Shown: positions 20,302-30,000 of the stretch, one piece after another
How positions within the stretch are numbered: position 1 is the stretch's first letter
Layout: the number at the start of each line of letters is the position of its first letter
Origin: Bacteroidaceae bacterium
Lineage (GTDB): Bacteria; Bacteroidota; Bacteroidia; Bacteroidales; Bacteroidaceae
Direction of reading: 5' to 3'
Length of the DNA: 64,000 nucleotides
Assembly: GCA_045126595.1 (NCBI GenBank)
Contig: JBGVOS010000040.1
Location: 2,467-66,466 of the forward strand
Notes under the pieces: generated by a model
The model's input: the letters and a program-made list of their open reading frames with translations, nothing else
What the model was told of the DNA's origin: nothing
The model's database searches: none
Program-made: the position numbers and the translations under genes

Positions 20302-22065
20302 ATGCCACAATACGACATGGAAGAGGGATATGCAGCGCTGCATTCCTCTTTTCCTATATATAAGCGCCGCCCCATCATCGGTATCACGGGTAATTACGAT
20401 GCCGGCAAGTGTACCCTGCTCGAAGGGTACTACCGCTCGGTACTCGAGGCAGGAGGTATGCCACTTATCATCCCTCCCACCGACGACACCGATGCCATGC
20501 TGAGCCTGCTCGACCGTGTGGACGGAATCATTCTATCGGGTGGAGGCGATATCAATCCGCTCTATCTCGGCGAAGAGCCCATTCGCGAACTCAGTTCGGT
20601 AAACCCTGCCCGCGACTGGCACGAACTGATGCTCGTACGCCTTGCGGCCAACCGGCAAATACCTATCCTTGGCATTTGTCGCGGCATACAGATGATGACG
20701 GCTGCGCTCGGGGGGAAATTGTACCAAGACATCTACAAGGAAGCCTCGGCTACACTGAAGCATAGTCAAGATACTGAACGCCATGTGTGCACACACACCG
20801 TGCACATCACGAAAGAGAGTTTGCTATACAAAATTTTCGGCACTGAGGTGCTGCCTGTCAACTCTTTCCACCACCAGGCTGTGAAGGAGGCTGCACCAGG
20901 CTTTGCCGTTTCGGCGCTCTCGCCCGACGGACTCATCGAAGCTGTAGAGAGCACCCACTATAAGTCGATGATTGGCGTGCAGTGGCACCCCGAGTGTATG
21001 ATCCTCGGCAGCGACCGTTCCATGATGCCGCTCTTCGATTGGATGGTGAGCGAGGCACGCTCCTTTGCCGAGGCACGCGAGCTGCACAACCGGCTGCTCA
21101 CCCTCGACACGCACTGCGACACCCCGATGAAGTTTGACCAGCAAATACGCTTCGACCAGCGCGACCCGCGTATTCTCGTAGACCTACATAAGATGACCGA
21201 AGGTCGCCTCGACGCCACCATCATGGTGGCCTATCTGCGCCAGTTGGAGCGCGACAAGGCGTCGCTTGATGCAGCCTTTGCCAAGGCCGACCGTCTGCTC
21301 TCCGAGATAGAGACGATGGTGGCACAGAGTGCCGAGAGCGTAGGCATCGCCTACACACCCGACGACCTGTACCGACTGAAACGCGAGGGGCGCCGCGCCC
21401 TGATGTTGGGTATAGAGAACGGCTACGCCATAGGTGACGACATCAGCCGTGTGGAATATTTCCGCCGACGGGGCGTAGTGTACATGACGCTATGTCACAA
21501 CGGCGACAACGACCTGTGCGACTCGGCACGGGGCAACGCCGAGCATGGCGGACTGAGCGCTTTGGGGCGCGCAGTCATCGATGAGATGAATCGCGTAGGC
21601 ATGATGGTGGACCTCTCGCATGCTGCTGAGAGCAGTTTCTACCAGGCCACCGAGGTAAGCCGTACGTCCATCGTATGCAGCCACTCATCAGCACGTGCCC
21701 TCTGTGACCATCCGCGTAACCTCACCGACGACCAGTTGCGTGCACTCGCGGCCTCGGGTGGTGTGGTGCAGACCTGCCTCTACGACGGCTTCCTCCGCAA
21801 AGAGGGAGGCGCTACCATAGAGGATGCCGTACGCCACATCTGCCACATGGTAGACGTAGCGGGTATCAACCACGTGGGCATAGGCACCGACTTTGATGGT
21901 GATGGAGGTATTATCGGCTGTGCCGATGCCTCGGAGATCATTAACCTCACCCGCCGACTACGCGCCGAAGGCTTCACCGAACAAGATATAGAGAAACTAT
22001 GGGGCGGCAACTTCCTCCGTGTGATGAGAATAGTACAAGCCTCATCGTCCTTATCTGCACTGTAA
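20302..22065 (+). CDS. Fusion protein: class-I glutamine amidotransferase / peptidase C26 (gamma-glutamyl hydrolase-like) N-domain + M19 (renal-type) dipeptidase C-domain
   Basis: The N-half has GICRGIQMM (nucleophile Cys) and GVQWHPE (His/Glu). The C-half has LDTHCDTP, GIENG, LCHNGDN, DLSH, CSHSS and GIGTDFDG, the M19 zinc-ligand pattern. Confidence 0.85.
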   Translation: MPQYDMEEGYAALHSSFPIYKRRPIIGITGNYDAGKCTLLEGYYRSVLEAGGMPLIIPPTDDTDAMLSLLDRVDGIILSGGGDINPLYLGEEPIRELSSVNPARDWHELMLVRLAANRQIPILGICRGIQMMTAALGGKLYQDIYKEASATLKHSQDTERHVCTHTVHITKESLLYKIFGTEVLPVNSFHHQAVKEAAPGFAVSALSPDGLIEAVESTHYKSMIGVQWHPECMILGSDRSMMPLFDWMVSEARSFAEARELHNRLLTLDTHCDTPMKFDQQIRFDQRDPRILVDLHKMTEGRLDATIMVAYLRQLERDKASLDAAFAKADRLLSEIETMVAQSAESVGIAYTPDDLYRLKREGRRALMLGIENGYAIGDDISRVEYFRRRGVVYMTLCHNGDNDLCDSARGNAEHGGLSALGRAVIDEMNRVGMMVDLSHAAESSFYQATEVSRTSIVCSHSSARALCDHPRNLTDDQLRALAASGGVVQTCLYDGFLRKEGGATIEDAVRHICHMVDVAGINHVGIGTDFDGDGGIIGCADASEIINLTRRLRAEGFTEQDIEKLWGGNFLRVMRIVQASSSLSAL

Positions 22066-22101
22066 TCTCCAATTCAGTATTCAAAAATCAGAAATCAAGA
22101 T

Positions 22102-23334
22102 ATGTATTCATTAAAAGAACTCTACCGCATAGGCCACGGTCCCTCAAGTAGTCACACGATGGGTCCGCGCAATGCCGCCACACAATTCCTCGCGCGCAAT
22201 GCCGAGGCTGTACGCTTCGAAGTAACCCTCTATGGTAGCCTTGCCGCCACAGGAAAGGGACATATGACCGACGCTGCCATCCTCGAGGTGCTGGGCGAGG
22301 AGCGTACCACCATCGTTTGGGAACCCAAGCAGTTCCTCCCCTTCCACCCCAATGGGATGAAGTTCCGCGCACTGGATGCCGTTGGCGAGCGCACTGCCGA
22401 GTGGACCGTCTTCAGCGTGGGCGGAGGCGCCTTGGCCGAAGAGGGACAAGCCCCCATTGAGCACAAGCAGGTGTACACGATGAACACTGCCACCGAGATA
22501 TTATCATGGTGTATCTCTACGGGCAAGAGCTACTGGGAATATGTGGAGGAGTGCGAAGGCCCCGAGATATGGGACTATCTGCGCGAGGTGTGGCACACGA
22601 TGAAGGAGGCCGTACAGCGCGGTCTTGAGCAAGAAGGTGTACTACCTGGCCCGCTCGCCCTTCGCCGCAAGGCTGCCGTATACTATGTACGAGCCGAAGG
22701 TTACCAGCAGTCGATGCGCACACGCGGTCTGCTCTTTGCCTATGCTTTGGCAGTGAGCGAGGAGAATGCTGCCGGTGGAGAGATTGTCACGGCCCCCACC
22801 TGTGGTTCATGCGGCGTACTTCCTGCGGTGCTCTACCACCTGTACAAGTCGCGCAACTTCTCCGAGCAACGCATCATACGCGCCTTGGCTACAGCCGGAC
22901 TCTTCGGTAATATCGTCAAGACCAATGCCTCCATCTCAGGAGCCGAGGTGGGTTGTCAAGGCGAGGTAGGTGTTGCCTGTGCCATGGCCGCAGCAGCTGC
23001 TGCCCAACTCTTTGGCGGACTCCCCTCACAGATTGAGTATGCTGCTGAGATGGGTCTCGAGCATCACCTTGGTCTCACCTGCGACCCCGTATGCGGACTC
23101 GTACAGATTCCCTGTATCGAGCGCAATGCCTATGCTGCAGCGCGTGCCATGGACGCCAATTCATACGCCATGTTTACTGATGGTGTGCACCGCGTATCAT
23201 TTGATAAGGTGGTAGAGGTGATGAAGAAGACCGGACATGACCTACCCTCACTCTACAAGGAGACCTCCGAAGGTGGCCTCGCCCAAGACTACAAGCAGAT
23301 GTGGGGTAATGAGCATAATACAATGTATTTTTAG
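22102..23334 (+). CDS. sdaA: L-serine ammonia-lyase (Fe-S dependent, single-chain)
   Basis: 410-aa ORF. The N-terminus LYRIGHGPSSSHTMGP and the later TAPTCGSCGV motif match L-serine dehydratase. Confidence 0.9.
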   Translation: MYSLKELYRIGHGPSSSHTMGPRNAATQFLARNAEAVRFEVTLYGSLAATGKGHMTDAAILEVLGEERTTIVWEPKQFLPFHPNGMKFRALDAVGERTAEWTVFSVGGGALAEEGQAPIEHKQVYTMNTATEILSWCISTGKSYWEYVEECEGPEIWDYLREVWHTMKEAVQRGLEQEGVLPGPLALRRKAAVYYVRAEGYQQSMRTRGLLFAYALAVSEENAAGGEIVTAPTCGSCGVLPAVLYHLYKSRNFSEQRIIRALATAGLFGNIVKTNASISGAEVGCQGEVGVACAMAAAAAAQLFGGLPSQIEYAAEMGLEHHLGLTCDPVCGLVQIPCIERNAYAAARAMDANSYAMFTDGVHRVSFDKVVEVMKKTGHDLPSLYKETSEGGLAQDYKQMWGNEHNTMYF

Positions 23335-23342
23335 AAATAAAA

Positions 23343-23367
23343 AAGGAGTTGGGTATCCCAACTCCTT
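23343..23367. terminator. Bidirectional intrinsic terminator between convergent sdaA and tex
   Basis: aaggagttggg-tat-cccaactcctt, an 11-bp perfect stem flanked by an A-run on the 5' side and T-rich sequence on the 3' side. Confidence 0.75.
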
Positions 23368-23373
23368 CTTTAT

Positions 23374-25491
23374 TTACACATCCTTCATCGAAAGACTGAT
23401 GCGCTTACGCCCATAATCCACTTCGAGTACACGCACCGTGACGTGCTGATGTACCGACACGACAGTGGTGGGGTCAGAAACAAAGCGATTGGCGAGCTGC
23501 GATACATGTACCAGGCCGTTCTCCTTGACACCTATATCCACGAAACAGCCAAAGTTGGTGACGTTGGTCACAATACCGGGAAGCACCATACCCGCCTTCA
23601 CATCGTCAATCGTGCGGATGCGCTCGTCAAAGCTCCACACCTCGATGGCCTCGCGCGGGTCGCGACCGGGCTTCTCCAGTTCGCTTAGAATATCTTGCAA
23701 GGTAGGCAAACCTACAGCATCGCTTATATACCTGTTTATATCTATCTGTGCACGGCGCTTGTCATCGGCAATGAGTTCGGCGACCGAACAGCCGAGGTCC
23801 TTAGCCATCTGCTCCACAAGGCGATAACGCTCGGGGTGTACGGCCGAGTTGTCGAGCGGGTTCTTGGCATCGGGGATACGCAGGAAGCCTGCCGACTGCT
23901 CAAAGCTCTTCTCGCCCATGCGAGGCACACGTTTGAGTTCACTGCGCGAAGCGAAGGCTCCATGCTCGGCACGGTAGTCCACGATGTTCTGCGCCAGCGT
24001 GGCATTGAGTCCCGACACATAGGTGAGGAGATGTTTGCTCGCCGTGTTCACATTCACACCCACGGAGTTTACACAACTCTCCACAGTGCGGTCCAGCGAC
24101 GATTTCAGTTCATTCTGGTTCACATCGTACTGGTACTGCCCTACTCCGATGGATTTGGGGTCAATCTTTACGAGCTCGGCCAAGGGGTCCATCAGGCGAC
24201 GACCGATAGAGACGGCACCACGCACCGTAACATCATAGTCGGGGAACTCATCGCGCGCCACCTTCGAAGCCGAGTAGATGGAAGCACCATCCTCGCTCAC
24301 CACGAAGACCTGCAGCGGGCGGTCGTAACGCTGCGAGGTGACAAACTGCTCAGTCTCACGGCTGGCCGTACCGTTACCAATGGATATGGCCTCTATCTTG
24401 TACTGCTCCACCAGGCGTGTCAGCTTGCGAGCAGCGCCAGCATAGTCCGACTTGGGCGGATGGGGAAATATCGTTTCATTATGCAGCAGATTGCCCTGCG
24501 CATCAAGACACACCACCTTACATCCCGTACGGTAACCGGGGTCAATGGCAAGCACACGCTTCTGCCCGAGGGGCGGCGCCAGCAACAGCTGCTTGAGGTT
24601 AGCTGCAAACACACGGATTGCCTCCTCGTCGGCCTTCTGTTTGGAACTGTTGGCATACTCCGTTTCGATGGAAGGACGCAACAATCGCTTGTAGCCATCC
24701 TTCACCGCCAGGGATATCTGCTCGGCACACTCACCATGGCTACGCACAAATTGACGTTCGAGACGTTCTATAGCTACTGTGTCATCGGCAGGAACAATGC
24801 TCACCCGCAGGAATCCCTCGTTCTCGCCACGGCGGATGGCCAGCATGCGGTGCGATGAGCAACGCGAGAGCGGTTCGCTCCAGTCAAAGTAGTCACGGAA
24901 TTTGTCGGCCTCGGCCTCCTTGCCTGCAACGACCTTGGAGGTGATGCGTGCCTCGCGAGCAAAGATGTTACGCACGGCATTGCGTGATCGCTCGCTCTCG
25001 TTCACCCACTCGGCAATAATGTCGCGTGCACCCTGCAGCGCCTCATCCACATCCTTCACCTCGCCCTTGACAAAGCGCATGGCCATAGACTCCACCCCAC
25101 CAGCGTTCTGTGCCATGAGCATCTTGGCCAGCGGCTCCAGTCCCTTGCCACGCGCCACCTCGGCACGCGTGCGACGCTTGGGCTTATAAGGGAGATAGAT
25201 ATCTTCCAGTTCGGTAGCATCCATACACTTGGCGATGCGCAAGCGCAGTTCATCGGTCATCTTTCCCTGCTCCTCGATGGTAGCCAGCACCGTCTCCTTG
25301 CGCTTCTCCAACTCCACGAGCTTCTTGTGTGCCGTGTCGATAGCGGCAATCTGCACCTCATCAAGTCCTCCCGTCGCCTCCTTGCGGTAGCGGCTGATGA
25401 AGGGGATGGTGGCCCCCTCGACGAGCAACTTTAATGTATTGGCCACTGCCTGCTCGGAGAGATTGAGGGTTTGGGATATATATTTGTTCAT
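23374..25491 (-). CDS. tex: Tex-like transcription accessory protein (YqgF/HHH/S1 domains)
   Basis: Starts MNKYISQTLNLSEQAVANTLKLLVEGATIPFISRYRKEATGGLDE (cat at 25489-25491). The C-terminal S1 domain contains GIVTNVTNFGCFVDIG. Confidence 0.92.
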   Translation of the reverse strand: MNKYISQTLNLSEQAVANTLKLLVEGATIPFISRYRKEATGGLDEVQIAAIDTAHKKLVELEKRKETVLATIEEQGKMTDELRLRIAKCMDATELEDIYLPYKPKRRTRAEVARGKGLEPLAKMLMAQNAGGVESMAMRFVKGEVKDVDEALQGARDIIAEWVNESERSRNAVRNIFAREARITSKVVAGKEAEADKFRDYFDWSEPLSRCSSHRMLAIRRGENEGFLRVSIVPADDTVAIERLERQFVRSHGECAEQISLAVKDGYKRLLRPSIETEYANSSKQKADEEAIRVFAANLKQLLLAPPLGQKRVLAIDPGYRTGCKVVCLDAQGNLLHNETIFPHPPKSDYAGAARKLTRLVEQYKIEAISIGNGTASRETEQFVTSQRYDRPLQVFVVSEDGASIYSASKVARDEFPDYDVTVRGAVSIGRRLMDPLAELVKIDPKSIGVGQYQYDVNQNELKSSLDRTVESCVNSVGVNVNTASKHLLTYVSGLNATLAQNIVDYRAEHGAFASRSELKRVPRMGEKSFEQSAGFLRIPDAKNPLDNSAVHPERYRLVEQMAKDLGCSVAELIADDKRRAQIDINRYISDAVGLPTLQDILSELEKPGRDPREAIEVWSFDERIRTIDDVKAGMVLPGIVTNVTNFGCFVDIGVKENGLVHVSQLANRFVSDPTTVVSVHQHVTVRVLEVDYGRKRISLSMKDV

Positions 25492-25518
25492 AAATACCAA
25501 CATTTATATATATATTAG

Positions 25519-25603
25519 CCGCGCTGTCATCCTGAGCTACGCGAAGAATCTCCCAAAATTGTATCTATGAGATTCTTCACATTCGTTCAGAATGACAGCG
25601 CGG
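25519..25603. repeat. REP/MITE-like palindromic element, cleanest copy
   Basis: ccgcgctgtcatcctgagctacgcgaagaatctc / gagattcttcacattcgttcagaatgacagcgcgg forms an ~85-nt imperfect hairpin between tex and hisS. Confidence 0.8.
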
Positions 25604-25626
25604 TGTATTCGATTTAACAGGTTTAA

Positions 25627-26991
25627 TTATTCCTTCACTATAACAATAAGTTCGTCGATGGTGAGTGCACTTTGCTCGCCGGTGACCATATTCTTCACTG
25701 AGAGCTGACCGCTCTGCATCTCGCTCTCGCCCACCATCACGACGTAGGGGATAGCGTGGTCGTTGGCAAAGGACATCTGCTTCTTCATCTTCACGCTGTC
25801 GGGGTAGAGCTCAGCAGCGATGCCTGCGGCACGAAGCTTGGCCACAAGGGGAAGGCAGTAGGCGGCCTCGGCAGTGCCGAAGTTGACAAACATCACCTGA
25901 GTGCCGCGTGCTGCGCTCTTGGGATAGAGGTCGAGCTGGTTGAGCACGTCGTAGATACGGTCGGCACCGAAGGAGATACCTACACCTGACACACCGGGCA
26001 TACCGAAGATGCCGGTGAGGTTATCGTAACGACCACCGCCCGAGATACTACCAATCTGCACGTCGAGTGCCTTCACCTCAAAGATGGTACCGGTGTAGTA
26101 GTTGAGTCCGCGAGCCAAAGTAAGGTCTACCTCCACCTCGTTCTTGATATCGAGGTGCGTGAGGCTGTCGAGCACAAGCTCCATCTCGTCTACGCCCTTG
26201 AGGCCCGTCTCGCTGGCAGCAAGCACGGTGCGCAGGGTAGCCAGCTTGCTGCGGTTGTCGCCGCTGAGCTGGATGATGGGCTGCAGGGTCTCAATAGCCT
26301 CGGCAGGAATACCCTTCTCGGCGAGCTCGGCATTCACATTGTCGAGCCCTATCTTGTCGAGTTTGTCGATGGCTACGGTGATATCTACAATCTTGTCGGC
26401 CTGACCGATGATTTCGGCAATACCGGTGAGGATCTTGCGGTTGTTCATCTTGATACTCACGCGGATACCAAACTTCTGGTATACGGCATCAATCATCTGC
26501 ACGAGGTCCACCTCATTAAGCAGTGAGTCACTGCCTACAACATCGGCGTCGCACTGATAGAACTCACGGTAACGGCCCTTCTGCGGACGGTCGGCACGCC
26601 ATACAGGCTGTATCTGGAAACGCTTGAAGGGGAACGAAAGTTCGTCGCGGTGAGCCACCACATAGCGTGCAAAGGGCACGGTGAGGTCGTAGCGCAAGCC
26701 CTTCTCGCACACCTTAGCCGCGAGCTTCAGGGCATTGCGCTCGAGCAGGTCTTCATCGGACACCTTGCCGAAGCAGTCGCCCGAGTTAAGTATCTTGAAC
26801 AGCAGCTTGTCGCCCTCCTCGCCATACTTGCCCATAAGCGTAGAGAAGTTCTCCATCGCAGGAGTCTCGATGGGCTGGAAGCCGAAGGTGTAGAACACCT
26901 CACGGATAGTATCGAATATATAATTGCGCTTCGCCATCTCGGCAGGCGAGAAGTCGCGTGTACCTTTAGGAATACCGGGTTTTGTTGCCAT
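25627..26991 (-). CDS. hisS: Histidine--tRNA ligase
   Basis: 454-aa ORF with class-II aaRS motifs ([39 protein letters not shown]). Confidence 0.95.
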   Translation of the reverse strand: MATKPGIPKGTRDFSPAEMAKRNYIFDTIREVFYTFGFQPIETPAMENFSTLMGKYGEEGDKLLFKILNSGDCFGKVSDEDLLERNALKLAAKVCEKGLRYDLTVPFARYVVAHRDELSFPFKRFQIQPVWRADRPQKGRYREFYQCDADVVGSDSLLNEVDLVQMIDAVYQKFGIRVSIKMNNRKILTGIAEIIGQADKIVDITVAIDKLDKIGLDNVNAELAEKGIPAEAIETLQPIIQLSGDNRSKLATLRTVLAASETGLKGVDEMELVLDSLTHLDIKNEVEVDLTLARGLNYYTGTIFEVKALDVQIGSISGGGRYDNLTGIFGMPGVSGVGISFGADRIYDVLNQLDLYPKSAARGTQVMFVNFGTAEAAYCLPLVAKLRAAGIAAELYPDSVKMKKQMSFANDHAIPYVVMVGESEMQSGQLSVKNMVTGEQSALTIDELIVIVKE

Positions 26992-27019
26992 TGTTGTTTT
27001 GCATTATGTAATTATGGTG

Positions 27020-27027
27020 CAAAAGTA
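27020..27027 (-). promoter_or_regulatory. -7 promoter box upstream of hisS
   Basis: gtgCAAAAGTAc, 29 nt from the start. Confidence 0.55.
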
Positions 27028-27061
27028 CAAAAAAAGTCGCGTCCGACAAACGGACGCGACC
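27028..27061 (-). terminator. Intrinsic terminator of the T9SS cargo gene
   Basis: gtcgcgtccg-acaaa-cggacgcgac, a 10-bp perfect stem followed on the minus strand by a T7 run (aaaaaaa at 27029-27035). Confidence 0.8.
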
Positions 27062-27086
27062 TTATTATAAGACAGAATGGAAGGAT

Positions 27087-30000
27087 TTACTTAACAAGTA
27101 CCTTTTTGCCATTTACGATATAGATACCAGGAGCGGTAACTGCCTCGATGCGGCGACCGAAGAGATCGTAGATACCCTGCATAGCAGGAGCTTCAACCTT
27201 AACATCCTCGATATCGGTAGTAAACGGATTGAACTCGCTCTGTACCTCATTCTTCTTGATAAGTTCAAGTTTCCAGTCGTCAGCACCCATCCATGTTCCG
27301 TTGAACTGATCCTTTCCGTGGAGAGCCTTATCTGCAGAGAAACCAATCTTGAGATAGTGACCGGTAACCTCAATGTTATCAATTACATGCCATGACCAAC
27401 CATAACCTGTACCCAAGCCTGTTTCTGCATCAGGACGAGCCATGAAGTAAGGATATTCCTCAATAAGTTCGACTTCCTCTGCGGTAGGACGATCGGCAGC
27501 TTCCCATGCGAGGCTGTCTTCTGTCCAGATCTCACCACGCCAAGCGCCATAGTTCTTCACCTCAAGAGTTCTTGTGGTTTCATAGTCCACATGCTTTGAG
27601 GGAGCAGCAAAGATATATGCGCCACTACCGTCTGTACGGGCAGCTACAATGAGTTTGTAAGTACCATCAGGAATACCGATCAACTCTTGATAGAATGTAG
27701 CATTCATAGTGCCAGCATTGGGATGCCAAGCATCCAAGTATGCATTGGTAACACCACCTACATTGCTGTAGTGCTCATTGTTGTTGGTACCACAGTTCTG
27801 TGCGTTGTTCTTCAAGATAGTCCAACCAGCGAGGTCCTCACCTTCAACAGTTTCGATTGTGGGGTTAGTAATCAGATAAGTTACATTGCCCTCCTCAACC
27901 TCACGATTCATATTGTTAGATTGTTTCAGAGCCTCAAGCTTAGACTGGAGTTCGGAAGTAGCATCATTAGTATACTCTACGGTGCACAATGAAGCGAGCA
28001 ATACCTCTACTTGTGGCATAACAATTTCACTGGTGAAGTACTCTACATACTTAGCCTCGATGGGCTCGGCAGTATCCTTTATTATCAACTCGGCATCTCT
28101 CAAGGCAGCAGCATAGCTTGCATAGGCCTGGAGCTGTGAGTTCATAGCAGAGAATGCGTTATGAGTAGTAGTATCTGATGCTAGAATTACATCGGCCAAT
28201 GCAACAACAGCGTCAGAGAACTTGAATACATCAACACACTCTTCATAGCCATCGCGATTGCGGAGGGTGTCAAGACGGCCATAATAGCCATCATAGAAGT
28301 TCTCAGTAGCAGTTATCACCTCTGCCCAAGCTGAAAGAACGGGGTTCACAACAGCACAAGCCTCGGCATAGTTGCCAGCCTCGGCAACGGGAGTAGCCTG
28401 CTGCAAAGCAGCGTTCAGCTCAGTCTTCTCGCTGGGAAGCATTATCGCAACGCCTTCGGTAGCCTTAGTCTTCACGCTCTGCCATGCAGCCTTCAAGTGC
28501 TCCTCAGAAGCGGGGCCATGGTAGTAAAGCTTGAAGTTGGTAGCCTGGAACCAAGCCTCTGAATTGCTACCACCCTTAGATGATGCAGCACCGATGGTGA
28601 GTGTACCATCAACAACTACAGCAAAATCGTTTGTGGTCAAGGTTGTCCACTCGTAGCTATCCCATCCTTCAGCAGTGAGGAAGTCAGAAGTTGCCGTATT
28701 GGCACCAGCAGCATATACATGCTGGTCGGTAGCATAGTTGGTTTGAGTAATCATCTCGGCGCTAACCTTATAGAGACCATTGGGCAAGCCGGTCAATGTC
28801 TGGTGTACATCCACAGATGTGATTCCCCAACCCCAGAGGTTAACACCCTGACGGTTGGCACCACCCTCTTCTGCAGGACGGCAACCACCATTCCACTGGT
28901 CGGTACCACCACCTACTACAGACCAAGTCCACTCACCCTTCTGCTCAAAGTTAGGATTGGGAACAAATACGGTATAGTCAGCAGCAATCTCGGGAGTAGC
29001 CTTCTGTGACATGTAGTATTCCTTAACACCTGCATCAAGCTTAACCTTCAGCTCCTGCAATGCCTCATAAGTATTCTCTTCACACTCGGGATCGAAATAG
29101 GTCTCAGCCTCTTCAATCAAATCCCACAAAGCTTCTTTACCATCAAAGTCAAGAGGAATCAAGTCATTCTTCATGTAGTTAACCTGAGTCTTCAACTCTG
29201 CAAACAAATCAACAGCATCCAAAGTCTCGTTCCACAAAGAGTCAAGGGCAATGATTACAGCATCTACCTCCTCGTCAGAGAATGCGTCTTCTTCGGCGTA
29301 TGCCTCATACTCGTACAAGAACTCATCGACCTTCATCCATGCAGCATAAGGGATCTTATCACCGTTCTTGGCAATATAGTCTCTGACAGATGCAATCTTT
29401 CCTGCAAGGTTCACGCTGGGGAAGTTACCATAGTAATACAACTTGAAGTCACGGAATGTACACCATGAAGCGCCTCTATGGTTGGTGTTAACCAAACCAA
29501 TCTTCAATGTTCCGTCAAATACGATTACTTCAAGCTTATTCTCTGTATAGTAGTTTGCATCTTCCAGTGAATTGAAAGAATTGAACGCTTCATTGGTAGA
29601 AACACGCATATTCACGTAGCCGTTCAACACCTGATTATTGGTAACGCCCATCTCTGAAGCCGTATACTTGTAAAGAGACAAGAGCGGAGTCGATGCATTG
29701 TTGGCATACAGCTTGGCTGTGATGTTCTCGGTACCTGCAGCGTATGCATTACCGCTATCGTTTCCTGCTTCGCGGTAGAAACCTTGCACCATAACCACAT
29801 ACTTACCGTTAGGTATACCGGTGAACTCTTGATACATATCAAAGTCACAGTCATAGAACTCCATCACTTCATATTCCAAGCCAGGCTTAGAACCTTGCCA
29901 TCCATCGCTATTCTTACGCAATGTCGGGTTGGTCATATACTTCTCTGTAACGTCAAATGCGATATCACCAGTAGCAATAGACATCTGATACTCAAAGAGG

